DNA of 64,000 nucleotides from Octopus sinensis (lineage: Eukaryota): contig NC_043008.1 of NCBI RefSeq assembly GCF_006345805.1, positions 33,790,001 through 33,854,000 on the forward strand, in the 5' to 3' direction. Both the position numbers and the translations under genes were made by a program. The notes beneath the pieces are model-generated. The model ran no database searches. It worked only from the letters and a program-made list of their open reading frames with translations, and was not told the DNA's origin. Positions within the stretch are counted from its first letter, which is position 1. Each line of letters opens with the position of its first letter. Shown one piece after another: positions 12,101 to 25,682 of this stretch.

Positions 12101-13196
12101 GTTATTTCTATCTAGAGCATCACCCTTACCCTTGTAGCAGTTGACTATGGTGCTGCTACGCCAGTCATTGGGTATGACTCCATTGTGAACTACCTGGTTA
12201 ACAATACGGGTGACTAGGCCATAGCCCGCATAGCCAGCTGTTTTAAGCATCTCAGCAGTGATTCCTGATGGGCCGGGGGTTTTACCCGGTTTCATATCCT
12301 TAATTGCTTTATCTACTAGGGAGTCGTCTATTCGGATAGCTGGTCCCTCTACTGGGTCAACATTTGGCAGGCTCTCCTCCTCCCATTCATTCTCCACATT
12401 CAGCAGTCTTTCATAATGGCTTCTCCAAGCCTCTTTCTTTTCACCAACATTAAAGGCAAGTGCCCCATCATCCATGCGGACACATTTCTCTCCTGTAACA
12501 TCACTATTTTCTCTCACACACTGTCTAGCAATCCGAAATACCTCAGTTCTTTGGTCCTCACGTCGCTGGACATTGGCAAACTTCTTCTTTTCTGCTATAT
12601 CTTTGGCTATGTATACCTGCCGCCCGGCCTCCCTTTTGGCTACTTGGTACGGTTCCCTGCTACCCCCATCCCTCCAGGCTCTCCAGGCCTGTTTCTTAGA
12701 ACTAATGGCTTTGTCTACTGCACTATTCCACCACCACATAACTCTAGGTCTGGAAGGAACTTTGCCCCATCCACAGACTTGGTCTGTGGCACTCAGCAAG
12801 CTGTCCCGTAGGAATTTACAGCTACCTTCTATGTCCGACGTCTGAAGCTCCTCCTCCCTCTCATCAAATTTCTTTATGAGGATGTCCCTAAATCTCTGAC
12901 CATGTGAAGGGTTCTTTAGCTTCCAAATCCTTCTTTTCTGGATTGGTCTGTTTCTTGGAGTCTTTCTGGCCTCAAGCCTAAAGTCACTAATTATTAGCCT
13001 ATGCTGAGGGATACACTCTTCACCCGGGAGGGTCTTTGTATTTAAGAGCGACCCTGCATCCCGCTGTCTGGTGAGGATGAAGTCTATTTGGCTAGCGGAG
13101 TCCCCTGACTGATAAGTTATAAGGTGGCAGTCAGGCTTCCTGAAGTTAGTGTTGCAGATTAAAAGGTTACATGCATCACAGAATTCCAGTAGTCTA
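9140..13196 (-). mobile_element. RTE-clade LINE, 5'-truncated, young
   Basis: One frame runs from 13196 to 10610 with the endonuclease C-terminus (SQIDFIL), the RT domain (QFGFVPG, FVDLEKTFD, HQGSALSP, LLYADD) and GRPRKTW, broken only by a TGA at 11180-11182. Repetitive 3'UTR and (GAT)n tail. Confidence 0.95.
9330..10635. repeat. Higher-order tandem array in the RTE 3'UTR
   Basis: 21-bp unit ggccacgttcggatggtgctt x5 at about 9567-9670, longer ~60-bp units, and three copies of a ~100-bp block (about 9690, 10165, 10535). Confidence 0.85.
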
Positions 13197-13199
13197 ATA

Positions 13200-13797
13200 A
13201 CAATAATTGATTATTGTTTATGTAGTCATGAGCATAGACGTGTTTATATGTTCCAGTATATATGTATATATATGTATATGACGAATGATCTATTTACTTG
13301 GACCTATAGTTTAATTGTGTTTATTTATGTATTTTTACACATGTAAAAGTATATATACTCTGCTTATGTATGTATATATGTTTATGTATAAGTCTATATG
13401 GATATTTGTTCATATTTTTTATATATATTAATTAAATGTCTATCCTGTTTCATATATTAAAATTTTTGGAGTTCTTTATAATCTCTGACGAGGCCTATGG
13501 TTATATATATAAGTAACCTATTCTTAAATGCCTACAACTTCAATATAATTGACAACTATAGGCAATAAAAAAATACTTTTAACCATATGCTGAAACAGCT
13601 GTAAGGAATGATTTTAATGATTTCAATAATTTATATTATGATTTTTATAATTTGCATTTTTATCTTATATGTATTGAATTATAAGGTATATATGTATGCT
13701 CTTAAAGTTCTAATTTTTTTAAATGAATAAATAATTCAACATTCTAATATCTGAAAGTTGATGAACAAACTAAATTGTTTCTCCTTTTCCTTATTTG

Positions 13798-13800
<3 letters not shown>
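13200..13800 (+). mobile_element. Penelope-like non-coding tail (pLTR-type) fragment
   Basis: Contains ctgacga...gctgaaacagctgtaa and a 3' end similar to the arms at 60160-60725; ends at (TA)n. Confidence 0.5.
13481..13608 (+). ncRNA. Degenerate type I hammerhead-ribozyme-like motif
   Basis: CTGACGA-G-gcctatggtta...taaccatatgc-T-GAAA-cagctg-TA, with palindromic stem III ACAGCTGT. Stem I pairs poorly (3 bp). Confidence 0.45.
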
Positions 13801-13854
<54 letters not shown>

Positions 13855-13884
13855 CATATATATATAAATATACACACACACTCA

Positions 13885-14295
13885 TACTCTTTTACTCTTT
13901 TATTTGTTTCAGTCATCTAACTGCAGCCTTATTGCAGCACCGAATTTTAGTTGAATAAATTGACCCAAGGACTTATTCTTTGTAAGCTCTATGGGTCCCT
14001 TTTGCTGAAACATTAAGTTATGGGGATGTAAACTCACCAACACACCAACATTGGTTGTCAAGCAATGGTAGTGGGGACAAACACAGACACAAATACATAC
14101 ATACATACATATACATATACATACATATATATATATATATACGATGAGCTTCTTTCAGTTTCTGTAAACCAAATCCACTCACAAAGCTTTGGTCGGCTTG
14201 AGGCTATAGTAGACGACACATGTCCAAGTTTCCATGCAATGGGACTGAAGCCAGAACCATGTGGTTGGGAAGCAAGCTTCTTACCACACACCCAC
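13885..14295 (-). mobile_element. Composite SINE (family B)
   Basis: Homologous to 7333-7800. Confidence 0.7.
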
Positions 14296-14454
14296 ATCAT
14301 CATCATCATCATCATCATTTAATGTCCATTGTCCATGCTGTCATGAATTGGACAGTTTGACCAAGGCTTTTAATCTGAGGGACTGCGCCAATCTTCTGTC
14401 TGATTTGGCATAGCTTCAATGGCTGGATGCCTTTCCTAATACCAACCCACTCCA

Positions 14455-14485
<31 letters not shown>

Positions 14486-16537
14486 GGAGAGGCTAGTGAG
14501 AACAACAGATACTGTTTGATCTTGGGATGACTTTTTCTCTCCCACCGATATACAGTGTTTTTAAACAGTACGTCCATAAGAGATTTTTTCTTGAATAAAA
14601 CCTGCAACAACTAGCCTATCAACGGTGTATATATATTAAGTATGATAAATTGATGGTTGTGTGTGTGAAGTTTGAAACTAAACAACACCGTTAGTTTTAA
14701 ATTTCAAGAAAGTGAAGTAGCTAATTCTTTCAAAGCCAAATAAATATGATTATTTACTTCTTATGTTAAACAAAATATATTTCTCTACAAAAGATAAAGA
14801 ACTGAAATTTCCCAACACTAATAAGTTGTTTTTTTCTTTTTCTTAATTTTTTAAAAAATAATTAATGAAATTACTTTAATGCCCGAATTACTGAAGGCTA
14901 CTTAAAATAAAAAGAGATGAGTAAAAAAAAAGTGAGAGGAGGAACAGGAAAATCTATATTTAAACTGACAAGTCTAATATTAGACAGTTTTCAGTTGTTG
15001 CATTCTTATTGGTGTTGTCTTAATTCAGACAACTGAAATTTATTTGAATAATCGAGTATGTTTGTTAATAACTTTGTCACCTTTTAAATAAATTAAGGAG
15101 TGTCATATGAAATGCACAAGTGGCTTTAACATATGATTATTTCATTTGTTTTATATTTTAGTTTTTTAATAATAACTTTGTCCAACTGTCCAATCCCAGA
15201 TTCCCTCACATCCTGATGGTGAGAACAACCAAGGAAGTGTGTAACATGGCACGAAACAAATATAAACGCAAAGCCTTGTTGACAAGCACCAGCTTTTTTA
15301 GCTGATAAACTTCAGTGAAAGATACACACACACACAAACACTCACACAAACACACATGCATGTACATGCCCCCCCACCCGCCAAACGGAAGTGGAAAAGT
15401 TATTCCGGCAGTAGCTAGTGAGAACACTGGATGCTGTTTGAACTTCTTGGAATGATTTTTCATCTCCCTCCAACATAATGTTTTTAAACAGCATCTCCAT
15501 AAGAGATGTCTTTCTTGAATAAAAACTGCAGCAGTTGGCCTATCAGCCATGTATATACATTAAATATGATAAATTGATGGTTGTATGTGTGAAGTACTTT
15601 CCAGTGCAAATAAATATGATTATTCACTTCAAATGTCAAAAGAAACATATTTCTATACAAAAGACAAAGAACTGAAACAGCAAATACCCCAACACTAATG
15701 AGTTCTTGTTATTTTCTTAATCTTTTTTTTTTATTATTAGAGAAATGGATCTTTTCAATCTGACCAACAGATTTTTTAATGAATTTTTTTGTAACTAAAC
15801 ACTTTGAAACTTCAGATACTGGTAGAATGTGTCACACTGAACAGAGTTTACTCTTAATGTTTTTGACAAAATTTTGTATTTTAGAAGTTATTTTGTGTTA
15901 AAGTTGTTGTATTTGGGTGATTTTAACCAATCAATGGCATGTATTCAGCTGAAGAAAATTACTGCTGCTGTTTGCGAACAATAACTTCCGTGTCCACTCC
16001 CCTAACAAAACCCTTCTTTAATAACCAGAGATGTTTTTATAGCAACATAGGTTTGCTGTATCAGGGTTGATTTGAGGCTAAATAACAATAAAATTATTAC
16101 TGAGACAGACCAACCATGGAGCCTGTATGTGGTTGCATGACCTGCTAGAAAAAATAGCCAAGCTTTTATATATACAGAATAAAATAAACCTCTATCCTGT
16201 GATAAACACATAGAGTCCACTATGTCTGGGTAGAAAGATGGAATGGTCACAGTTGAGACATCTTTGATCCGATCTGATGGAACAGATATGATCAAAGACG
16301 TCCCAACTCTGACCATTACAACATATATAGGACAGCCATTTCAATAAAATTCCCTTTCTCCATCAGATGACAACATATGAGTTTTGGTCTTCTCATAGGT
16401 CGTCACAATAGCAAGAACAATTCTTTTGAAATGCCATATGCCATTAATTCTACAGCTGAAAAAGAAATGATTTGAGGTGTTGAGAGATGTAATTTTATAA
16501 TTAAAACTAAATTCAAAATTTAAATTTTTAAACATAT

Positions 16538-17545
16538 TATCAGGTTCAGTAAAAAGTAAGCAACATTACGAACCATGAAGAATTTGTACTGGATTTTTGC
16601 AGAGTTTTGAAGTTTTTTAAAACATTCTTTGCAATTGTCTGATAACACAGACATAGACTTGCCTGGACACCCATCAGTCATCGATGACGATCAACTAAAG
16701 ACCGTCATTGAGAAAGATCCACATGAAACCACTAGAGAACTGGCAAATGAACTTCAAGTTAGCCAGAAAGCTGCCTGCAACCATTTGCATGTGATTGGAA
16801 AATCAAAAAGGCTTGACAAATGGGTACCACATGATTTGAATGGAAATCAAAAAATGCGCAGATATGAAATTTGCTTGCTGCTTCTCTGTAACCAGACCAA
16901 TCCATTTCTTGACCAAATTGTAACTTGCAATGAAAAGTGGATTCTGTACAATAATAAAAAAACGTTCTTTGCAGTAGTTGGACCAACATGAAGCACCGAA
17001 AACCTTCTCAAACCCAAGCTCTTCAAAAAGAAGGTGTGCTGCTAGACTCATCCACTATATCTTCTTTAAACCTAGAAAAACCATTACTGCAGAGACATAT
17101 TGCCATGAAATTGCCAAAATGAACGAAAAACTGCCACTCCTCCATCCCAGAAGAAGGCCAATCATTTTTCATTACAATGCTTAACTGCACATTTCACTAA
17201 TGACACTCCAGAAGTTGTGAGAACTTGGCTACGAAGTTCTTCCCCATCCCAGCTTATTCTCCACACCTTCCTCCTACTGATTACCACTTTTTCAAGCACC
17301 TTGATTGTGTCCTGTGAGAGAAGGAGTTCAAAATTAAACCAATGCTGAAAGTGAATCCAAAGAGTTTATCAGCTCCAGAATTCCAGATTTTTATGTTAGA
17401 GGAACAAACAAACTTGTAACTTGTCGGCAAAATTATGCTAACTGTAATGGTACTTACTTTGATGAATAAAATTCCTGCATTGCTGAAATAAATTGTGATT
17501 AATTTCATGTTTCAAAACGTTGCTTACTTTTTACTCAGCCTGATA
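16538..17545 (+). mobile_element. Mariner DNA transposon, degenerate
   Basis: ~29-bp TIRs (tatcaggttcagtaaaaagtaagcaac / gttgcttactttttactcagcctgata). Transposase pieces KWVPHDL, IVTCNEKWILYNN and YSPHLPPTDYHFF; frameshifted. Confidence 0.9.
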
Positions 17546-18169
17546 CATACTTGTTCTTTCATAAGATAAGGCCAGTTTTCAATGCCTCACTAAAATAAGG
17601 AAGTTTGCAATGGCAATATGTGTGTGTGTGTTTAATGGCCAGTGGTCAATCATGCACTGAAAGAAAGAATTTGAATTAGAGACAACAAGTAACTTCTTTC
17701 TATCAATCGCTTTATCTGCCTTTATATACATCCGTACTCTCTCTCTCTCTCTTTCACACTCACACACATACACACACACATGCATACATCTTTTGGAGTG
17801 TTTTGTTGTTTTCTGTCAATGTCCCAAAAGGAACTGCTATCTATTTCCCATGGAAATCATGGCTGCTTTGGGAATAGGTAGTAAAGTGTTTTTAATTGAA
17901 TGAATGGATGTCACTAATGTAGTTAAAGCTATGGTTATTTGTAAAAAAAAAAAAAGGTCCATTACATTTTTAAAGTTATGTTTGTTTATTGAAAGAGATC
18001 CTCTGTGTGTAAGGTTGCTGAGAGGTGGGTGATCCCTGTATTGAATGCTACATACCCTCCATAGCAGGAGAGCCCTGTATCTAGTGGATGCTCAGGGCAG
18101 TTGCCCTCTACAACCCCCTATAAATCCAGCCCTGCCATTAATTCTGATATGTACTTTCGTCAGCTAGCT

Positions 18170-18605
18170 AATTTGAACCAAAAAATCAAAGAATTGAGGC
18201 TGCAAATTGTCAACAGGAAAGGAGTAATGTTCCAACAAGACAATGCTTGACCACATGTGTCTTTAGTTAGCCAAACAAAGTTACATAAACTTGGCTGAGA
18301 TCTCTTACCCAATCCACCATATTCTCCTGACATTGTGTCATTCACCTACCATTTTTTTGTCTCTACAGAACTCATTGCAAGAAAAAGCATTTGAAGATTT
18401 AGATGAAGTCAGAATGCATCTAGATAACTTTGTATCCCAAACCGGTCAAATTTTATGCTGATGAAATATTTAAATTACCTGATAGATGGGCAAAGGTCAT
18501 TAATAATAATGGAAATTATTTCATTTAATAGAATTTATTGAAAGGTCAATTCTATATCCACTTTCACATATTAAAGAATGCTCAGAACTTACGGGACAAC
18601 CTAAT
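18170..18605 (+). mobile_element. Mariner 3' fragment
   Basis: FQQDNA*PH..., PPYSPDI, LPDRWAKVINNNGNYF; ends in acttacgggacaacctaata. Confidence 0.8.
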
Positions 18606-18949
18606 AGAAAATAACTTTTCTTTGTTTTCTTTGTAAATAACTGGTTAAACTTGTGACTACCACATTCTCTCTGCTCATTAATTTTGATTCGTTACTAGCA
18701 TAGATGAGGATATCGTCTCAGTCCCCTTCAGTAAAGTTTCTATACAGTTATGAAATATACCACTTTAATGCTTAAGACTCAGGTGAAGTCTGTTGACTAA
18801 GTACAAACCATTGGTTGTATTGATAGTACAAACACATCTTGCATCCTCAGCTAAAGCTATTTACCAAACGCATGCTTTAAATAGAGAGATGAGAAAACTT
18901 TTGCATCTGTCATGCTGGAGAATATAGTATCAATCGATGATATGGGAAA

Positions 18950-21200
18950 AGAATAGGTGTCAATATGTGCAGTTAAATGTGCCTTGTAATCAACACACAT
19001 ACGAAGAAACACATTCTTTTTTAATTATCCAGATCATGATTAAGGTACATCTGACTCCAGGGTAATCTGACGGAGTAATAGTACTCACCACTTCCAACCT
19101 CTGCAACACATCTTTGACTTTGTTTTCTAAATTAATCACATCCTGGCAGTTAATATGAGCAACAAAGCCTTTGCCGCAAGGTGGTGTTAACCGTTGTTTC
19201 AATAAATATAGAATGAATAATATGAAATGCTGGCGGTTGAGTTGTGTTCAGGCTGCATATAATGAATGCACAACACTCATGAACAATTAACATAATTTTA
19301 TTTCACCGCATAAATATTTCTATTGTAGGTCCTGAATTAAAAAATGCAACAACAAAATTTACACGCTGGTAGAACAATTCAATTCTGTAGTTATTACAAA
19401 TAGTTGATTAGAAGGCACTGTGATTAAGCGGCTAGGACAGGACAAAATATACAGACTGAATTTAGGTCAGTGAACTACAGCTCTGCAGTCATGAGAATGA
19501 TTGTTAAAAGCAGAAAAATGTCAGAATGGTTTGCTTAACTTAAGGCAGTGAGCTGGCAGAAAAGTTAGGACACCAGACAAAATACTTAGTGGTATTTCAC
19601 CTGCCTTTATGGTCTGAGTCCAAATTCCACTCAGGTCAACTTTGCCTTTCATCATTTTGGGGTTGATAAATTAAGTTGCATACTGGGATCAATTTAATCA
19701 ACTGGCCCCCTCCCCCAAAATTTCAGGCCTTGTGCCTAGAGTAGCAAAGAATATTGTTTGCTTAGCTTAGGGCAGCCACTAGCTGAAAGTTCGGTGCTCA
19801 AAACGTGTCTGTATATAAGCTTTGTAAAAGCGATGTTCTAGCAGCTTCTAGAAAGATACATCACATGATGTCTTGTTGCTGATTGTTCCATAACTTGGCT
19901 GATCACATGAAAAATCTGTTGCTTGGCAATTTGGTTTCAAATCTTGCTACACATTTAACCTCTGTTAAAGTTTTTGTGTTTAACTTAAAACAAAATGAGC
20001 TGTCCTTAATAATATCTTTTCCAATCAGTTTGTTCCTTCTCGAGCCATTCCTGACTCAAAAGGGCCGGTTTCCCAGTTTCCTTGGCGTATAGTTTCCCCA
20101 CCTGAATGGGACGCCGGTCCGTCGCAGGCGAGCTGCAAGACACAGGAGGAAAGCAATCCGAAAGTGTAAATGCTATCTACTACAATAAAGCAACAAAATT
20201 CCTCTGTACCAATGAGTTCAAATTTTACAAGGATTGATCCAACCCTCTTTAGATCTGAACCATCAAAAGTGGTTAAGTGTTTATAACATGATTTGACTGA
20301 AAGGTTAAATTGTGAAGTGAATAAAAATGGAACTATCGAACAAACTACTCCAGTATCCACCCTCATATTGTCACCGTTCATGGCTGGATGACTTGATGAG
20401 TTGGTGAATAATGATACCAATCATGTGAAACTATGGTGGTTGACTCGTGATATCTAATCACGTATCTGGTGATTCAGTTTTGAATGATTACCAACATACC
20501 AATGTCTCTGTTATTTTACAAAAATCAAGGTTACCTACCTGCTCACATTTAGCATTTGATTAAAACCAACTTTAAAACCAGCCTTACTTGGAAACCCATT
20601 TACGTTATATACGTTACACGTAAATTTAGATTGGCAAAATCTTGCAAAACGCCCTACTTTCCGACATTTGTGACATCCTTTCCCATATGCTGGATATTCA
20701 TGCATTTTATGTGTCCCCCATACAATTCTGATATTTCACTATACTAATGATATTACGACTGCTGCTGCTAGCAGTCTTTTTGTTAACATTAAAGTTTGTT
20801 GTTGTTACTGATGTAAGCTGTCAATTGCTTGCAAATAGTGTTTCTGATTCTATTGTGGATGTAAGAGCAGCTATTTTAGTATATTTAATTTTAGAATGAT
20901 GTCGTAATTGATCTAAATATTTCAGCTTTACCTCTGCTCATGATAAGCCAACAATAAAAATGAGTTTCATGAATTCCTCTTCTGGGTTTTCTCTCATCCT
21001 ATTCAGATGGTAGAAGGAGACTTGAGAATTAATCCTAAGTAGAAAGACATTGATTTACTTACTCTTGCAGTTTGAGTCTGCCCACAATTAACAATCTCTC
21101 CTTTAGAGAGAGTGAGAATAATGCAAATGTGCGTATTTTCTTTCTCTCTCTGACATCAACACTAATTCAGCCAGTTTTGAGTCCTGCACATGCCTTTATG
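18950..21200 (-). mobile_element. Gypsy/Ty3 LTR-retrotransposon relic (gag-protease-RT start)
   Basis: Order on the minus strand: gag knuckle YPAYGKGCHKCRKVGRFARFCQSK (~20640-20730), retropepsin VDTGVVCSIVP...LTTFDGSDLKRVGSILVKF (20150-20370), RT N-terminus KVKDVLQRLEVVSTI (19050-19150). Confidence 0.7.
19543..19750 (+). mobile_element. tRNA-derived SINE (family A)
   Basis: Homologous to 7123-7312; inserted in the Gypsy relic. Confidence 0.7.
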
Positions 21201-21526
21201 GAGGTAATCACAAATGTATAGCAGTTACTCATACATGTATAAAGTAGATTATCACTCAAGAGACATTTAGAATTCATAACTGTTTTGGAATGTTGTAAAG
21301 AAGATGGTAAATAAAATTGTTACTAGTACTTGGCTTATTTCAGTTAGCAGCATTTCATCCATATCTATGTTTTGAATTCAAATTCCACCAAGGTGAACTT
21401 CGCTTGCCTTCCTTTTTGTGTTGATGAAATAGGTACCAGTTGGGCACTGGAGTTGATGAAATTGACGTATTTTATTGACTTGTTTTATGACTAACATCCT
21501 CCACATCATAGTTCTATTGTTTTCAG

Positions 21527-21567
21527 TGGCAACAGACAGTCACTGAATAAATGAAAATATTAAACAA
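21527..21567 (+). other. Probable 5'UTR exon of copy 2, containing a uORF start
   Basis: Acceptor ttctattgttttcag| and a perfect donor |gtaagt in unique sequence upstream of the signal-peptide exon. ATG at 21551. Confidence 0.5.
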
Positions 21568-23589
21568 GTAAGTACTGTACAGGAATATCTGTGGGAAGAT
21601 TTGTGAATTGTAGACAAAAAAAAAAGAAAAAAGAAATGAAAAAGGAAAAGAAAACAAAGGAATACTAAGGATTGTTTTTGAAGTGAATTTTCAAATTCTG
21701 TTTGTTACTTTCAAGAACTTCCTGCTCTCAGCTACTATTCAAGTGAATTACACATATGCACATATGTATGTGTATACAAATATGCACGTATACATGTAAA
21801 CATGTGCCTATATTTATATATAATTGCCTATATAACACACACACACACATTTAATTAAAGTCACACCAATATACTAAAATTACACGCACATGTACTCATA
21901 CAATCTCATTGACCAAATATATTTCACTTTAGACTCAAGCCTCAAATTTGTTAGGAGTGGATTAGATGCTGCTGTGTAGCACATACATATTGATTCACCA
22001 TACTCTTCATTAGAATTAGTTTACCAAACCAACGAAAGAACTAACAAGCAAACAGATCCCAACAAGATTTGAAATCAGACTATAAAGGATCAAAATTATA
22101 AAAAAAAAAAAAAATTTACCTTGACATCGTACTGATTCAGAGCAGTCACTGATTTGTGGAAATTATATTTTTAATTAACCAGTAAGTTGTGGTTCCTTAT
22201 TTCATTTACTTGTTTGTTTTTATCTTTTATCTTTCACTTGCTTTATTCATTGAACTGTAGAACATGCTGGGACACAACCTTTTCAACCATTTCTCAACCA
22301 TTTCTCACCTATAGACCCCGTTCATTACTATTTTATTCTGGTGGACCCCCATCTCATTACTATTCAATGTTCAAAAACTAGTTTTATAGAAACTTCTTTT
22401 AAAATTGCTATTTTGTTTTTCACACGTTAACTTGAGTTGGTCGAACTATATAAAATGTTAGAGAAAAAGCATCCAGCTGTTTCTTGCAATACATAACAAT
22501 ACATACATGTAAAGCAAAATTTTTTCAGGGGCCTTTAAAATAGTTTTGTGGATCCCCAATCTATTATTTTGTTGCTTGGACCCACAAAAACCTTATATAG
22601 TGCATGAGGGTCCATGTTGACCCCAGTTGAGAACCTCTGGTTCAGATGAACACATTAATCCCAGAGCTTATTTATAAGGCTCTATCATCAGACCACTAAG
22701 TTATGGGGATATAAACAACAATGACGCCCACAAAAGAATCTAAACATACCACCTGCTGTATTAATTATTATTTCTTCTCTGAGCAAACTTGGAAATATCC
22801 AAAATTTATTGGAAAATAGTCAAATTCACCTTTCATCCTTTCAGGGTTGATGAAAAAAAAAGTATTAATCCAGGGAGACGGATGAACAGAACTGCAAAAA
22901 TATTGGATCAAGTATCTTGTGGTATTTGTTCCAACTCAATGTGTTTTTGAGTTCAAATCTTGTCATAGTTTTGTTTGGGTCATGAGCAGAGTGGGCTACT
23001 CAACCTGAAGAAGACTCTAACTGGGCCCCACCTGCAAGGTTGTAGGCTGTTTATAGTGTCTTTACAACCATTAAGGTCTATAGTGAAAAACTTGTCCGTG
23101 TGTGAAAGGAAATGGAAAGGACCTGCATACAGTGCTGTTAACGGAGGTTTTATAAAATTGTTGGGCACAAAAATGCGAGCTAAAGGAGTAAAGCTTCCGT
23201 CAAGGGAGAGCTAGAAATGAAGTTGCGAAATGGTTAAGAGGTTTTAAGCAGGAGTGATGTATTCAAAATTGGTAAAACTAAAAATTTTCAAGGATAGATT
23301 AAATCTATTATTGCTACTGAATATGTTAATGCTATTTAATTTCTGAACGTTTTTTGCTGCTGTTTGTTTATGTAGTTTGATTTCTTTATTCATCAGTCTC
23401 TACAAAGATAGGGACGTAAATAATAATAATAATGACAGAGAAACAGAAATAAAACTTTGGAAACAGCAATGCCACCATAACCTATGTGGAAACCATGAGT
23501 GTGCTTTTTATGGGAGATAATCAGAGAAAGACTTGAAAGCCAACATAAGATCGTAATACTTCATGTAAAGTAAAATAAATATAACGAAT

Positions 23590-23780
23590 AATCCAGAACC
23601 TTGTCTGGTACTGGACCAATCCGCAAATCTAATCAGTTTGTGCCAGTCATGAGGCCAAACATCCCTGAAAGTTTCATCTAAAACCATCCGGCAGTTCTTG
23701 AGATATTTTGTTCACAGACAAACAAACAAACAAACACAACTGAAAGCAATACCTCTGCCTTCGCTAAGGTGGAGGTAATA
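23590..23780 (-). mobile_element. Helentron-associated (HINE/DINE-like) non-autonomous element fragment
   Basis: Minus strand begins attacctccaccttagcgaaggcagaggtat (subterminal hairpin), then a (GTTT)n microsatellite and a gatggttttagatgaaacttt core. Confidence 0.45.
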
Positions 23781-24832
23781 AATGCCCTGATACAGTACTA
23801 GCTCTCATAGCTTTTGATCTTAAATGATTGGAAGTGTTATCATGTACATGTTTTGTCGTGGTATAAAAGATGGGCAACAGCAAACATTCTGCTCAATACC
23901 ACAGATTCGCTTGTCAGTTGCTTGACCATAACCAGTTGAGCATGTTCTTTAATGGCTGACAGTATGTACATCTTTGATCACAAGCAGAAGCAGTTGGTGA
24001 GCATCATAGCTATGTGTTGAGAGGAATTCTTTGGGGTTTGAATAATTCATCCCTGGAAACATGGGTGTCTTGTTCATCATCCTTAAACAAACCCTATTCA
24101 AGGACTTTTGAGCAGGATGGGGCTGCTCAACCTGAAGAAAATTCTAACTGGACACCACCTGGTCATGCACTGTTTATCTTGATATGAAATCACATGTCAT
24201 GCATATAATGTTGTGATGCATGTGTCTGATGCACCCTTATCAGACAGGTAGTCATGATATGTGTATTGAGCTTCGTATATTTGTACCCCAGTGTCATTTT
24301 GATGGCATGCACTACTCTCTCACTCAATAATAATAATAATAATAATGATAATAATAATAATAGCAACAAGAAGCAAGTTTGATTAATTTATATTTTATTG
24401 GCTAAAGACAAAGATAGCACCCACGACTAAACAGATCCTCCAAGACTGAAGAGCATCTTGTTGCTAATGTTCCTTTGAAACAGTTGCACCACAAGGAAAA
24501 TATAAGCCGAAGAAGATTCCTGAAAGGCCAATGGTCAAGAGAAAGAAGGACTGAGCATAGTTCTTAAGGCAGGGTCAGGTGAGTGTGGGGCGATAAGATA
24601 TAACAAAGGTGATAAGAGCTGAAGAAACATGTGAGTAGGACGACAGGAGTGCCATAGGGATGAATGTATGTGTGCGTACACAAGCATGTGTGTGTGTGTG
24701 TGTGTGGATGTGGGTGTGTGTGCTTGTTTGTGTGTGTGTGTGTCTACTGTTGATACACATGTCGTTGCTATTTACTTCAGTTAGGTAATGACTGTGCAAA
24801 CCCGTCATCAAAGGTATCCCATTAATGACTAC

Positions 24833-25220
24833 AGGCACGGGCATGGTTGCATGGTAAGAAACCTGCTTCCTAACCACATGGTTCCAGGTTCAGTCCCACT
24901 GTATTCCACCTTGGACAAGTGTCTTCTACTATAACCTCAGGCTAATAAAGCCTTTGGTAGATGGAAACTGAAAGAAGCTTGTTGTATATGTGTGTGTGTG
25001 TCTGTGTTTGTCCCCCCCCCCCGCATTTCTTTGCTTGACAAATGGTGTTGGTGTGTTTAGATCCTCATAACTTAGTAGTTCAGCAAAAGGACCCAATAGA
25101 ATAAATAAATACTAGGCTTAAAAAAATAAGGCCATGGGTTGATTTGTTCGACTAAAACCCTTCAAGGCAGTGGTCTGGTATGCCTGGAGTCAAATAACTG
25201 AAACAAGTAAAAGAATAAAA
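24833..25220 (+). mobile_element. Composite SINE (family B)
   Basis: Head ggttgcatggtaagaaacctgcttcctaaccacatggttccaggttcagtccc; body homologous to 7333-7800. Confidence 0.7.
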
Positions 25221-25372
25221 TTTTAAAATTCCATAGTGTACCTAAAACAACATTATTCAATGTGCTCTTCCTGTTTTAAGATGGTATAGTTAGAGTTAAG
25301 AGAGACTTGACTGCTATTTCTACCAGGTCAAACAATCACTTTCATTAGCACACAGGTACACATATTTGTAAG

Positions 25373-25555
25373 ACGGTGAACTGGCAGAAGCGTTATCATG
25401 CTGGGCAAAATGCTTGAGTTCAAATTCTGCTGAGTTCGACTTTGCCTTACACCCTTTCGGGGTAGATGAATTAAGTACCAGTTGTGTACTGGGGTCGATC
25501 TATTCGACTTGCCCCCTCCCTAAAAATTTTGGGCCTTGTGTCTAGAGTAGCAAAG
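25373..25555 (+). mobile_element. tRNA-derived SINE (family A)
   Basis: Homologous to 7123-7312. Confidence 0.7.
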
Positions 25556-25682
25556 AAAAGGTACACATATTTGTAATGGGAAATTTTGAGTACTGAGTGT
25601 AACTGTTCTGACTTTCAATAAAGTGTGATATATTTTCTCTATTTCCAAAAAGTCATTCAAATATTTTGTTTACTTTCAGATT

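Noticed and set aside
20025-20420. 131-aa ORF with a DTG motif as a domesticated aspartic protease
   Set aside because: It is collinear with decayed gag and RT remnants and shows no splice or expression evidence, so it is treated as part of the Gypsy relic.
21236-21310. TATA-like tataaag and donor |gtaaat as a first exon or promoter
   Set aside because: Such motifs are common in AT-rich DNA and have no independent support.
23376-23520. Hydrophobic reading LISLFISLYK as a possible signal-peptide exon
   Set aside because: It is a poor signal peptide and runs to a stop without a good donor; 25683-25728 fits far better.
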